Made by a program: the position numbers and the translations under genes
Shown: positions 43,511 through 54,655 of the stretch, in pieces
Position numbering within the stretch: position 1 is the first letter of the stretch
How the letters are laid out: each line of letters begins with the position of its first letter
Assembly: GCA_963827655.1 (NCBI GenBank)
Contig: CAWHCF010000020.1
Location: 1-64,000, forward strand
DNA: 64,000 bases
Origin: an uncultured Acidobacteriota bacterium
GTDB lineage: Bacteria; Acidobacteriota; UBA6911
Reading direction: 5' to 3'
The notes under the pieces: model-generated
What the model was told of the DNA's origin: nothing
The model's database searches: none
What the model saw: the letters and a program-made list of their open reading frames with translations, nothing else

Positions 43511-46500
43511 ATGAAAGTTGCTGTGGCTTTCCAAAGCTTGACCCTCATGCTGCTCGTTTGCGCAAGCAGTTTCTCGCAAGGAACCACCGGCACGATTCTG
43601 GGCTCTGTCAGAGACCAATCAGGCGCGGCGGTGCCAGGCGTCACCATAACCGTCACCGATCAAGCAACGACATTGTCGCGGACAACATTGAGCAACGAAG
43701 TTGGCGACTATACCGTCTCGCTTCTGCCCCCTGGGGTCTATTCAGTAACGGCGGAACTGGCCGGCTTCAGAAAAGCTATTCAATCCGATGTGGCGTTGCA
43801 GGTCGCACAAAAGGCTCGGATCGATCTGGTCATGGAAGTCGGGGCAGCCGATCAATCCGTCAGTGTAACAGCGCGGGCGGCATTGACCGACACTGCTTCG
43901 GCGGAGATCGGTACCGTGGTCGACACGCGAAAGGTACACGAACTCCCTTTGAATGGCCGCAATTTTTTCGGCTTGACGTTGCTCTCCCCCGGTTCGGTTC
44001 AAAGCAGATCCACTCTGGTGGGCCAGGGCCTATGGGAGGGCGCCGTTCACGTCAGCGGCGCCGGGAGCTATGCGAACAACTATCAGATCGAGGGGATTGA
44101 TAATAACGAGCATCTAACTACGGCGATCAAGCTCAACCCGTCGGTCGACGCGATTCAAGAGTTCCGCATGCAGTCCAGCAATTACTCGGCCGAATATGGA
44201 AGGGGGGGAGGCGCCCAGGTCAACATCGCGATCCGTAGCGGAACCAACGAATTTCACGGCACGGTATTCGAATTCCTTCGAAACGACAATCTGGACGCGC
44301 GCAACTTTTTCGACCGCGCGCCGAAGCGCCCGGAGTTCAAGCTCAATGACTTCGGCGGCACCTTCGGCGGACCGATCGTCAGAAACAGAGCTTTCTTCTT
44401 CTTTTCCTACGAGGGGCTGAGGAGCGGCAAAGGCCTCACAAGCACCCAGACGGTTCCGACGCTTGGTCAGCGCCAGGGCGATCTGTCTGGCGGACCGGTT
44501 ATTTACGATCCTGCGACGACGCGACCGGATCCCGGCAATCCAGGCGCCTTCATCCGGGATCCCTTTCCCAACAACCTGATTCCGCTCAACCGGATTAATT
44601 CTACGTCGCGCAACATGCTGATCGGAGAGTTCGCGCTCTATCCGTTGCCGAATGCACCGGGAATCGTACGAAATTTCTCTTTTGCTCCCACCCAGATCAA
44701 CACGAAGAACCAGTTCGTGAGCAAGATCACATATCGCCTCTCCGAAAAGGACAATCTCAATCTGGCCTGGATCTATGAGGATCACCCAAGCATTCAACCG
44801 TTCTCGTTTACTGCCCCGCTCCCGGGCTTCCAGAGCATCATAAATTTCGAAAACCACAACATCTCGCTTGAGCGAGGTTCACACCTTCAGCCCCAGGGTC
44901 GTCAATGAACTCCGGATTGGAGCAAGTCTGTACCGGGACTTTTTTGGCGAAGAGCGCAGCGATATCCCTTTTGCGGACGCGCTTCCCATCTATGGAGTGG
45001 TCCAGACGGACGGGATCTCCCCGAGTGTCGATCGCAGGTTTTTCAATTACGGGAACCGGCACCAACCTTCCTCAGGGCCGAAGCAACAACAACTATCAAA
45101 TCACCGACAGCCTCACCTACATCGTTAGCAAACATGTGGTCAAGCTCGGGATCGATATTCGCAGAGCCCAGCAAAACGGGGGCTTTATCGGCCCGACTAA
45201 TTCCCGGGGTATGTTCAGTTTTACTCCCCGATTCACAACGGACCCGCAAAACCGTGGCACTACGGGACAGGCCATGGCCGATTTTCTACTGGGTTATCCC
45301 ACCGTTGCTGTGCGCGGCATTGGAGATCTCCATCAATACTTCCGGAATACAAACTGGGGCGGCTATTTCCAGGATGACTGGAAGATTGCCTCGGATCTTA
45401 CGCTGAATCTGGGCCTGCGTTACGAGTACAACTCTCCTCCGAACGAGATCGAGAACAAGATCGCCAATTTCTGGCCCGATCGCTACGCAACCAGAACAGC
45501 TTCGGTAGTGGCTCCCAATTATCCAGGGCTGGTTTACCCGCACGATCCAGGCACACCCGATTCCGGAGCTCTCTTCTTCGGAGACAAGAACAATTTCGCC
45601 CCGCGTTTAGGCTTTGCTTATCGCGTTTTCGGGAGGGACGATTTTGTCATCCGGGGCGGAGCCGGGATCTTTTATTACATGATTCCGCAACAGTACCCAT
45701 CCAGCCAGGCTCTGAACCTTCCTTTTCTGAGAACAGAGACCTTTCAGTCGGATTTGACATTTCCCGATTTGCAATTCCCCGACCCGTTTCCGGCCGCGCT
45801 AGCCAGTTTCGCAGTCTCGCCCAGTTCCGTAATCGACAAGGACTATCGAGATGGTTACATCCAGCAGTTCAGTCTCGGCATTCAAAAATCCTTGCCGCGC
45901 TGGGACCTGGTCATACAGCCGGCCTATGTCGGCTCGAAAGGCACGAAGATCATCGAATTTCGGCAGATCAATCAGCCCCGTCCAGGTCCGGGGCCCATTC
46001 AGGCTTCGAAGACCATTCCCCGAATACGGCCCGATGACCATGCTGGAATCCAGTTCAAGTTCGACCTATCACTCCTTCCAGTTAAGAGCCGAGAAGAGAA
46101 TGTCCAAAGGACTTTCCTTTTTGTCCTCCTACACCTGGTCCAAGCTCATCGATTGGGGTTACACATCCATGTATGAAGGGAATCAAACCGTGATCGACCC
46201 TTACAACGTCAGGGCATCGATGCGGGGAAGAGGGACCAGCGATCTGAGACATCGTTACGTGCTGAGCTATCTCTACGAGCTGCCCTTCGGCCGGGGCAAG
46301 GCACTGGGTGGCGGGCTCACCGGACCACTGGAAAAGATCATCTCCGGATGGCTGTTGACCGGCATAAGCACATTTCAGAGCGGTTTTCCCCTCACCGCCA
46401 CTCTCTCTTTTGACAACACCAACACAGGCGGGCTGAACATACCGGACCGCATCACGAATCCCCAGCTGCCCAGTTCTGAGCGAAGCTATCGATCGATGGT

Positions 46501-46781
46501 TTGACACGGGCGCTCTTGCGCTCCCTCCGCAATTTGTTCAAGGCAATGCGGGCAGGAACTACATGGATGCTCCCGGGTACAAGAATTTCGACATCGGCCT
46601 GATCAAGAATATGCGTGTCGGAGAGGACACGCTGATCCAATTTCGAGCTGAATTCTTCAATGCCTTCAATAACGTGAACTTCGATCCTCCCGACATGGTT
46701 TTCGGAGTGCAGACGTTCGGGAGAATATCCAGCGCTGGTCTGTCACGGGAGATTCAGTTCGGTCTGAAAGTGCAATTCTGA
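43511..46781 (+). CDS. TonB-dependent receptor (Oar-like, carboxypeptidase-regulatory N-domain); three frameshifts
   Basis: LPLNGRNF, PSVDAIQEF, QDDWKI...LNLGLRYEY and FRAEFFNAFN motifs; C-terminal QFGLKVQF. Confidence 0.9.
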
Positions 46782-46792
46782 TGGAGTGAAAA

Positions 46793-48628
46793 ATGAAAAA
46801 TGGTCGACTGTACGGATTGTTCTTCTGCGCACTCGTGGCTGCGAGTTTCCGTCCGTCATGGGCGCAGAAGCCGGATGCTGGTAAATATTCGCCGGAACGA
46901 TTCGAGGTTAAGTCAGCGCGAGGTTACATGGTGCCAATGCGAGACGGCGTCCGCCTATCGGTCGATATTTATCAGCCGACTTCGCCCGACCGGTATCCGG
47001 CGATTCTTAGCCACACACCTTACAACAACATCGGCGGAAATATGGCAGACCGAGCGAAATGGTTCGCTCGGCGCGGTTACGTGGTTGCTCTTTCGGATGC
47101 CCGAGGGCGATTTGATTCCGAAGGACAGTGGGATCCCTTTACTGACAAGCACAAGAGCGATGGTTACGATTTGGTGGAATGGATCGCCAAACAGCCCTGG
47201 TGCAACGGATCCGTAGGCATGATGGGAGGATCGTACCTGGGTTGGACTCAATGGTGGACGGCCTCCGAGGCTCCTCCCCATCTGAAGGCCATTGCCCCGC
47301 AGGTTGCTCCTCCGGACCAATTCAGAAATACCCCCTATCAGAACGGCATTCTGGTCAGCTGGGTAGTGGATTGGATGGCCGGCCTCGCCGGGCGAACGGC
47401 TCAAGTGGTGGGTCCGGGGCCCTACTCGGGCTTCACCGCGTCTAGAGCCAAAAACATGCTGCACCTGCCCAATATCGAGATCAACGAAATCATGGGGGCG
47501 CTGGATGCTCCCTGGTATAAGGAATGGATTCGCAATAACACCAACACGGACTACTGGAAGAGAATCGCCTATCAGGACAAATACTCAAAGATCACGGTTC
47601 CCGCGCTTAACATCTCGGGTTGGTTCGATGCCGATTTTCCAGGTTCCCCGATGAACTATATGGGGATGAGGAAACAGGGCGCAACGCCCGAGTCGCGACA
47701 ACCCAAGTTGATCCTGGGTCCGTGGCCACACTCGATCAACACGGACCGAGTCCTCGCCGGGTTCGACTACGGGGCTGATTCGTTGATCGATTTGGACGGG
47801 TATATCTGCCGCTGGTTTGATTACTGGCTCAAAGGCATCAAGAACGGCGTGTCGGAGGACCCCCCGGTTTATGTTTTCGTAATGGGAACCAACAAATGGT
47901 ACGCCGAAAAAGAGTGGCCCTTACCGCAGACGCAATGGACCAAGTACTACCTGGACAGTTCCGGGCGGGCCAATTCGCTGAAGGGCGACGGCACGCTTGG
48001 CACGACACCTCCTTCCGGCAAGCCTTTTGACAGCTATCGATATGATCCGTCACACCCGACTCGAAGTCCGTTCACAGGCGGCCATATCGATGGCGCGGTC
48101 GACACACGCCTGCCCGCAATCGGCGACGACGTCCTGGTATACACAACACCGCCTTTAGCCCAACCGATCGAAGTGACCGGGCCCATCGTTGCTAAACTCT
48201 ACGCCGCAACCTCGGCCCGGGACACCGATTGGATGGTACGGTTGATTGACGTCTACCCTGATGGGTATGCGGCTCTGCTTTGCGACGGTGTGATTCGCGC
48301 TCGCTACCGCGACCCCGACAATCACGGAGCCTTCACAGCCGAAAGACTGAGTGAGATTGAGCCGAACCAGGTCTACGAATACACCATTGATTTCTGGCGA
48401 GCGACGGGCAATGTGTTCCAGGTTGGACACCGGATTCGCGTGGAACTGTCGAGCAGCTATTTCCCTTACTATCTGAGGAACCTGAACACCGGCGCAGCCA
48501 ACAATGGACTGGAGACCCGCCTCGTCGTTGCCGACCAGAAGGTCTACCATTCGCGTGAGTACCCATCGCACATCACATTGCCCGTGATTCCGGCGCGGGA
48601 AATACGGCAATCGAAGAGAACCAATTAA
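46793..48628 (+). CDS. CocE/NonD family hydrolase
   Basis: VPMRDGVRL, GMMGGSYLG, GWFD and GPWPH motifs. Confidence 0.93.
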   Translation: MKNGRLYGLFFCALVAASFRPSWAQKPDAGKYSPERFEVKSARGYMVPMRDGVRLSVDIYQPTSPDRYPAILSHTPYNNIGGNMADRAKWFARRGYVVALSDARGRFDSEGQWDPFTDKHKSDGYDLVEWIAKQPWCNGSVGMMGGSYLGWTQWWTASEAPPHLKAIAPQVAPPDQFRNTPYQNGILVSWVVDWMAGLAGRTAQVVGPGPYSGFTASRAKNMLHLPNIEINEIMGALDAPWYKEWIRNNTNTDYWKRIAYQDKYSKITVPALNISGWFDADFPGSPMNYMGMRKQGATPESRQPKLILGPWPHSINTDRVLAGFDYGADSLIDLDGYICRWFDYWLKGIKNGVSEDPPVYVFVMGTNKWYAEKEWPLPQTQWTKYYLDSSGRANSLKGDGTLGTTPPSGKPFDSYRYDPSHPTRSPFTGGHIDGAVDTRLPAIGDDVLVYTTPPLAQPIEVTGPIVAKLYAATSARDTDWMVRLIDVYPDGYAALLCDGVIRARYRDPDNHGAFTAERLSEIEPNQVYEYTIDFWRATGNVFQVGHRIRVELSSSYFPYYLRNLNTGAANNGLETRLVVADQKVYHSREYPSHITLPVIPAREIRQSKRTN

Positions 48629-48719
48629 GAAATTGGGGGACGTCCTCGTTTACCTCTTTTTGACTGCGGTGTCCGTTGGAGCAGAAAATAGGTAACCGAG
48701 TGGGAGCGTCCCCATTTTC
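48629..48719. repeat. Imperfect inverted repeat between convergent genes
   Basis: gaaattgggggacgtcctcgtttacct ... aggtaaccgagtgggagcgtccccattttc. Confidence 0.5.
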
Positions 48720-48724
48720 AAGAA

Positions 48725-49213
48725 CTAAAACGAGACCCGCACCGGCATCGGATCATCCACCCGCAGGACAGATTGTTGTTGAAAACTCAGTTTGTAGATC
48801 TCGCGGATTTCTTCGATCCTTAGGCTCTTATCCCTTTGCGCCTCCAACGGGTAGAGCAGGATCAGGACGAAGGTCCGCTCTTGCTCGATCTGGCCCCTGG
48901 AATTGAGGAATCGGCCTATGCCCTCCAGGACTGTCAACCCATCTGGAAATCGCGGGGTGATCACGTCATCGAGGAACCTTTCCCAGTCTCGCCGGCTCAC
49001 CTTCGATCCGTCCGGCTTGTTCCTGCCAAAAAAAAGCTCGGTGCGAACAAACAGTTCCCCGTCGCCTTGCTCCTGACTTGCGGCGCCGTTCTGGGCAACC
49101 GCCGCTACTGAATGGAAGAGAGCAGTCTGATCGAATCCGTAGGACATGGGGGTCACGGCAGAGGTAACGATCAAGGCTAAAACCAGAAACTTGTTGATCA
49201 AGAACTTATTCAT
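48725..49213 (-). CDS. DUF3574 family secreted protein
   Basis: RTELFFG...FLDDVITPRFPDGLTV...FQQQSVLRVD. Confidence 0.88.
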   Translation of the reverse strand: MNKFLINKFLVLALIVTSAVTPMSYGFDQTALFHSVAAVAQNGAASQEQGDGELFVRTELFFGRNKPDGSKVSRRDWERFLDDVITPRFPDGLTVLEGIGRFLNSRGQIEQERTFVLILLYPLEAQRDKSLRIEEIREIYKLSFQQQSVLRVDDPMPVRVSF

Positions 49214-49327
49214 GCATATCTCCCGTTAAGAAATTCATCCTTACTCTTTGCTGGGTTTTGATGCGAACCGTTCAGGCGGGACGCGATGCCGGCTTGGCTC
49301 GGTTCCGTGAGGATTGCCGGCGCGTCG

Positions 49328-49804
49328 TCATCGATCGAAGATTAGCGAGATAGGGGGGTCTCCAACTCCATGGCATGCATGATTGTTGGAGCTAGCAGTA
49401 AATCGTTTCACGAATTCGTCAGTCAGTCTCACCGGTGCGATGAAGAATGAGTATTGGCACGCGGGTTTATGCCGTCCCTCCTTGTTCAAGGGATTTCCCC
49501 GGTTATGAGAAATTCGTGGTTTCTGGGCATGTTGCGATTCCGTCACTATAAGCAAGAATTGATCTAGGGCTTTCCTCGCTTGCCCTGCTTTTCTACGAGG
49601 GCAACCGGCATTTCGGATTCCCCAGAGCGCGGCGCCCAGGTCGGTCAACCACCGCTTCAGCAAAGCCGCGAGCTCCTCCAGCGATTGGAAATGGGTCACT
49701 CGGCCCGAAGCCACATGTTCGAGGCGGCCGTCGTACCGGCCAGCGACGTCGGTTCCGCCTCGAAACTGCACCACGAATGCCTCAGTGTGTTGCTTTCCAG
49801 TCAT
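49328..49804 (-). CDS. Small hypothetical protein divergent from the STAND regulator; only the first ~60 aa look conserved
   Basis: AFVVQF...GRLEHVASGRVTHFQSLEEL. Confidence 0.55.
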   Translation of the reverse strand: MTGKQHTEAFVVQFRGGTDVAGRYDGRLEHVASGRVTHFQSLEELAALLKRWLTDLGAALWGIRNAGCPRRKAGQARKALDQFLLIVTESQHAQKPRISHNRGNPLNKEGRHKPACQYSFFIAPVRLTDEFVKRFTASSNNHACHGVGDPPISLIFDR

Positions 49805-49863
49805 AGCGAGGGGATAATAACAGCGCTCCCCGCAACAAGCGGTTCAATTTCGGTGAGATTTCG

Positions 49864-52800
49864 GTGAGAGCCGTGAGGCCAAACCGCGCTATCGCCTTCC
49901 CCCCATTTCGCCTCGATCTGGTCAACCAGCGTCTGTGCCGGGATGAGCAGGTCATCGCGTTGAGGCCGAAGGCCTTTGCCCTCCTGCAATGCCTGTTGGA
50001 GCGCCCGGGCCAGCTGGTGACCAAAGAGCAATTACTCGACCACGTGTGGCCCGAGACCAGTGTCAGTGATGCGGTGCTGAAAGGCTGCATCCGTGAGCTG
50101 CGAGAGGCACTGGCTGACGAGCCTGCGGCGCCCCGCTTCATCGAGACGGCCCATCGGAGGGGCTACCGGTTTATCGGGAAGATCAGCGAAGACAGCGAGT
50201 TGGAGACATCGAGGCGAGGGCCCTCGCTCCCGGCGCCGTCTCTATCTCTCCCGCTTCAGACCCTGGTCGGGCGCGAACTAGAGCTGGCGCAACTAAGAGC
50301 CTGGTTGGAGCGATCGGTCGCCGGCGAGCGCCAGGTGGTCTTTGTCACCGGAGAGCCAGGAATTGGGAAGACGACGCTGGTCGAAGCCTTCCTGCATCAA
50401 GCCGCCTCGAAACCCGGCGTGAGCATTGCGCGCGGGCAGTGTTTGGACCACTACGGCGCCGGGGAAGCTTACTTACCGGTGCTGGAGGCAGTAGGCCGGC
50501 TCTGCCGCGAGCCGGGCGGAGAGCGCTTTGTGACCCTGCTGGCAGAGCGGGCGCCGACCTGGCTGGCTCAGATGCCCGACCTTGCCAGTCCTGCAGAGCG
50601 CGAAGCATTGCAGCGGCACCTTCTCGGCGCCACGCCCCAACGAATGCTGCGCGAGATGGCCGAAGCCTTCGAAGCGCTGGCCTCCCAGACTACCCTGGTA
50701 TTGGTGCTGGAAGACCTGCACTGGAGCGATTACTCCACCCTTGACCTGGTCTCCTATTTGGCGCGGCGGCGGGAGCCGGCGCGGCTCCTTCTTGTCAGCA
50801 CCTACCGGCCAGTGGAAGTGATCTTGAGTGAGCACCCTCTGAAGGCTGTCAAGCAAGAGTTGGCTCTGCATCGGAAGTGCGGTGAACTGACGTTGGAATT
50901 CCTCACCGAAGACGCAGTGTCGGAATATCTGGCGGCGCGGTTTCCCGTGAGCCAGCTTCCAGCCATGCTGGCGCATTTAATTCACCAGCGCACGGATGGC
51001 AATCCGCTTTTTATGGTCAACGTGGTGGATTACTTGCTGGCCCGAAAGTTGTTGGTCGAGACCGACGGACGATGGGAGCTCAAAGTCAAGTTAGAGGAAT
51101 TGGAAGTAGGGGTTCCTGAGAGCATCCACCAGATGATCGAAAAGCAGGTAGATCGGCTAAGCCTGGAGCAACAGCAGATGCTGGAGGCGGCGAGCGTGGC
51201 CGGGGTAGAGTTCTCGGCTGCAGCCGTGGCGGCGGCCTTAGAGGAAGACATGGATGTGGTTGAGGACCGGTGTGAAGGGCTGGCGCGGCGACATCAGTTT
51301 CTCCATCCCATGACGATCGCGGAATGGCCAGACGGGACAGTGACAGCGCGCTATGCCTTTTTTCACGCCCTCTATCAAAGCGTCCTGTATAACCGGGTGC
51401 CGGGAGCCCGCCGCCGGCTCCTCCATCAGCGAATCGGCGAACGCAGCGAGAGAGCTTATCGAGAGCGTGCCGGAGAAATCGCGGCAGAACTGGCGATGCA
51501 CTTCGAGCAGGGACGGGACTACGTCCGGACGGTCAAGTATTTGCGGCAAGCGGCGGAAAATCATTCGCGACGCCACGCCAACCGGGAAGCAATCGGTTAC
51601 CTCAACCGCGCGCTCGATCTGGTCAAGCGATTACCCGAGCCGCAGCGGGCCCATGAACACATGGCGGCGCTCGAGCAATTCGGCATGGTGCGCCGTTCCA
51701 TGGGTGACCTGAAAGGGGCGGCCGACGTCTTCGCCGCCCTGGCGGCGTGCGCCCGGGAACAGTCTCAGGTTGATGAAGAAGTGAAAGCGTTAATCCGTGA
51801 GGCGAGCGTGACCTCCTGGGTCGATCGCGGGCGGTCTCTGACGGCCCTGGAGCGGGCCCTGGAGCTGACTCCCCAGGTGAAAGACGGGTTGCTGCGCGCA
51901 CACGTGCACAGTTACTGGGGGCACTGGTATTCGCGGTTCCGCACATGGCGAGGGGAAGACGCTCAGGCCTGCGTCGCGGTGATTGGGGCGGCGCGGGAGG
52001 CCGGCGAGCGCAGGCTGCTTAGCCTCCACGTCGCGCGCTACCCCTACTATCAGGTCCTGCGATCAGATTACCGGGCGGCCTGCCGCACCGCGGAAGAGGG
52101 GCTGCAACTGGCGGTAGAGGTGGGCGACGTTTTTGATTACATGTATTGCCAGTACTATTGGGCCTGGGCTCTGCTGCATGTGGGAGAGTGGGGCGAAATG
52201 CTCCGCATTCTCGGCGATGGAACCCGGATGGCAGAGAGGAACGAGCACCGCCTGGCCTCGACGCTCTTTCAGCTGGAACTAGCCTGGTTGCACGAGCAGG
52301 CGTTCGACTTCGCGCGGGCGTGCGAGCTGTGTGAGCGCGGGCTTGCTGAGGCGCGGCAGTCTGAGCATGAAACCAACGAATGGCTGAGCCTCATCCTGCT
52401 GGGGATCGCGCATACCGGTCTGGGCCACGGCAAACGCGCGCTCAACTGCTTCAAGGAAATCACCCATCGCGTGGAGCACAAGCACGGCTTGATGGAGTGG
52501 ATCTTTCAGATGCCGCTCCGCCAGGGCCTGAGCGAATACTGGCTGGCGCAGGAGAAGTTCGACCTGGCGCGCCAGGAGGCCGAACGGGTCTGTGAACTGG
52601 CCGCGCCTCCGGGGGAGCGAACTTACCTGGCGCTGGGCCATCGGACGCTGGCTGAAATCGCGCTGGCCGGGCAGGACTGGGACCAGACCGAGGCTGAGCT
52701 GAGGCAAGCGCTGGGAGCGCTCGAAGGGAGCGAAGCGCCGCTGGCCGAATGGCGCGTGTATGCAACCGTCGCGCAGTTTCGCCAGCAGCGCGGCCACAAG

Positions 52801-52944
52801 GCCGAGGCCAAACGCTACTGGACGCGCAGCGCGGCAACCATAAACCGGCTGGCCGAGTCGCTGGTAGAGGCTGGGGAATTGCGCGCGTCGCTGCTCAACC
52901 ATCCGCAAGTGAAAACCATTCTTCGCCACGCTGGTCGCGGTTAG
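49864..52944 (+). CDS. Winged-helix (CadC/OmpR-type) + AAA ATPase + TPR-like transcriptional regulator
   Basis: FIETAHRRGYRF, Walker A GEPGIGKT, LEDLHWSD and TDGNPLF motifs. Confidence 0.92.
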   Translation: MRAVRPNRAIAFPPFRLDLVNQRLCRDEQVIALRPKAFALLQCLLERPGQLVTKEQLLDHVWPETSVSDAVLKGCIRELREALADEPAAPRFIETAHRRGYRFIGKISEDSELETSRRGPSLPAPSLSLPLQTLVGRELELAQLRAWLERSVAGERQVVFVTGEPGIGKTTLVEAFLHQAASKPGVSIARGQCLDHYGAGEAYLPVLEAVGRLCREPGGERFVTLLAERAPTWLAQMPDLASPAEREALQRHLLGATPQRMLREMAEAFEALASQTTLVLVLEDLHWSDYSTLDLVSYLARRREPARLLLVSTYRPVEVILSEHPLKAVKQELALHRKCGELTLEFLTEDAVSEYLAARFPVSQLPAMLAHLIHQRTDGNPLFMVNVVDYLLARKLLVETDGRWELKVKLEELEVGVPESIHQMIEKQVDRLSLEQQQMLEAASVAGVEFSAAAVAAALEEDMDVVEDRCEGLARRHQFLHPMTIAEWPDGTVTARYAFFHALYQSVLYNRVPGARRRLLHQRIGERSERAYRERAGEIAAELAMHFEQGRDYVRTVKYLRQAAENHSRRHANREAIGYLNRALDLVKRLPEPQRAHEHMAALEQFGMVRRSMGDLKGAADVFAALAACAREQSQVDEEVKALIREASVTSWVDRGRSLTALERALELTPQVKDGLLRAHVHSYWGHWYSRFRTWRGEDAQACVAVIGAAREAGERRLLSLHVARYPYYQVLRSDYRAACRTAEEGLQLAVEVGDVFDYMYCQYYWAWALLHVGEWGEMLRILGDGTRMAERNEHRLASTLFQLELAWLHEQAFDFARACELCERGLAEARQSEHETNEWLSLILLGIAHTGLGHGKRALNCFKEITHRVEHKHGLMEWIFQMPLRQGLSEYWLAQEKFDLARQEAERVCELAAPPGERTYLALGHRTLAEIALAGQDWDQTEAELRQALGALEGSEAPLAEWRVYATVAQFRQQRGHKAEAKRYWTRSAATINRLAESLVEAGELRASLLNHPQVKTILRHAGRG

Positions 52945-53217
52945 GGAACCTTCGCATACAGTCATTCGAGGGCCACAGCAAGACGCCGATGGAGAAAAAC
53001 GAGCCGGTGCACGCGGCTACGAACCGCTTCTGTGGCGGGAAGGGCTTCGATCCGCCGAGCCAGTCGGATATCACCAGTAGCGCCATTATCGGTTCCAATA
53101 CACCTGCGCCAGCAAAGCCCCTCTCGTCTGACTAGCGATTCAGGCGTTCAGCCGCCTCGCGTCTTCTTTGACGTTGGTTGTAGCGTCGTGGGAGCTCGCT
53201 ATTGACAGCTTTTTCGC

Positions 53218-53514
53218 TCACAGGCGATCTCTCCAAATGTCTGGATGACGATGCTGGTGGAGCAGAGCAATAATCTCGATTCTTTCTTCGATAGCGCAGA
53301 AATACACAGAATAGGGGAAGCGATTGAGCAAGCCGCGTCTGATTCCCGGGTGGATTTCAGGGAATTGAAACGGGCTTCTGGTAATACGGCTCATTACATA
53401 GTCGACCTCTTCCAGAAATTCAGTTCCAAGAACCGAGCGCTGGTTTTCGTACCAGACGGCAGCAGCTTCGATGTCATGCTGTGCCTGAAGCCGAATGATG
53501 AGTTTCCTCATCAC
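53218..53514 (-). CDS. RelE/ParE family toxin
   Basis: AQHDIEAAAVWYE...RRGLLNRFPYSVYF. Confidence 0.88.
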   Translation of the reverse strand: MMRKLIIRLQAQHDIEAAAVWYENQRSVLGTEFLEEVDYVMSRITRSPFQFPEIHPGIRRGLLNRFPYSVYFCAIEERIEIIALLHQHRHPDIWRDRL

Positions 53515-53762
53515 CGTTCAGGCTTGCGATGACCAAGTTTCAATCGGATTTCGTCGCGTACCTCGTCCCAGGGCCTTCCAGGCCGCGGATCGGCTTCATG
53601 GGCAGCGATACGCTCGTCAAGTACTCGCCGATGCCATTCGGGAACAGGAACCTGATCCGGCCTGGCTGCGATGCAGGCCCAGAGCGATTGAACGTAATCA
53701 ATTTGATCTTCAATAGAAAGATCATCGAAGCCCGGAGGAGGAAGCCGTAGCTTGTTCACCAT
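53511..53762 (-). CDS. Addiction-module antitoxin
   Basis: LSIEDQIDYVQSLW...VPEWHRRVLDER...PWDEV; overlaps the toxin start. Confidence 0.88.
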   Translation of the reverse strand: MVNKLRLPPPGFDDLSIEDQIDYVQSLWACIAARPDQVPVPEWHRRVLDERIAAHEADPRPGRPWDEVRDEIRLKLGHRKPER

Positions 53763-54006
53763 ACTCTTTGCCTCTGGAACGAAGTATAGTCTGAAGTTCC
53801 GGCGCGAAACGATCTTTTTGTCGGGCTAGGCCTCCTTTCTTGCTCACCACCTCCACCGGGAATATAGTTTCCCCGGCGACGCGGAAGTCGCGCCGGCCGG
53901 GGAAGACGGATGCCCCAAGATTCTCCGGCTCAATGGCGGAGGCCGGTGAGTGGGATCTTGAGCAAACGGGGCTTACGAGCAGGAAACGTTTCAGATGCGT
54001 GGCCGA

Positions 54007-54195
54007 ACTGCTGGTTGCTTTTACGGACGGCGTGACCGAAGCGCTCAACGCTGAAGAGGAGGAGTTTGGCGAAGCGCGGCTGCAAGACGTTCTCGCGCGC
54101 TCGATGCACCTGCCGGTGCAAGAGGTAAGCCAGAGGTTCGTTCAGAGCATGAGTGATTGCATGGGCCGTGCGCCCCAGCACGATGACCCGACTTT
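54007..54195 (+). pseudogene. C-terminal remnant of a PP2C/SpoIIE phosphatase
   Basis: LLVAFTDGVTEA...EFGEARL...PQHDDPTL with no upstream domain. Confidence 0.75.
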
Positions 54196-54294
54196 ATCGT
54201 CCTCAGAATCATGTGAGACCGGGGACGTACCCGGTTTTTCAGGCTTGCTTTTCCGACCCAGCCTCATTGAAACTTACTGCGCGGGGGATAGTCC

Positions 54295-54622
54295 ATGAAC
54301 ACCACGATTGCGCTGAAAGCCGGTCTGGCTGCGGTCATATCGGTGATGGCAGCACAGGCTTATACGGCCGTAGACATGCGAGTCGACCGCAACGTAGCCT
54401 ACGGAATGTATTCCGGGCTGGCGCTGTCGATGGACGTCTATTATCCGGAGAAGGCGAATGGAAACGGCGTTGCTTAAGGCAGGAGTGAAAGTGAAGCTCG
54501 TGAAAGTGCCCGGCGGCGGCCACGGACCCAGATTCGATGGCGCGAAGAATCCCCCGGACTACATCGGAGAGATGATCAGGTGGCTCGACCAGAACCTTCC
54601 GGCCGGGCAAAGTAATCCTTGA
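54295..54622 (+). pseudogene. Alpha/beta hydrolase with a large internal deletion
   Basis: N-terminus NVAYGMYSGLALSMDVYYP is joined near 54470 to C-terminus KAGVKVKLVKVPGGGHG...WLDQNL. Confidence 0.7.
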
Positions 54623-54655
54623 AAACGCTAATGCTCCCAGGCATGAGGCACGATT

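Noticed and set aside
43511-46781. Programmed frameshifting or phase variation in TonB receptors
   Set aside because: No slippery or long homopolymer tracts were noticed at the shifts, and the same indel pattern affects unrelated genes.
52940-53215. Integron attC site beside the TA module
   Set aside because: GTTAGGG and GTTCAGC are present, but no convincing paired R''/R' and L boxes, and no integrase.
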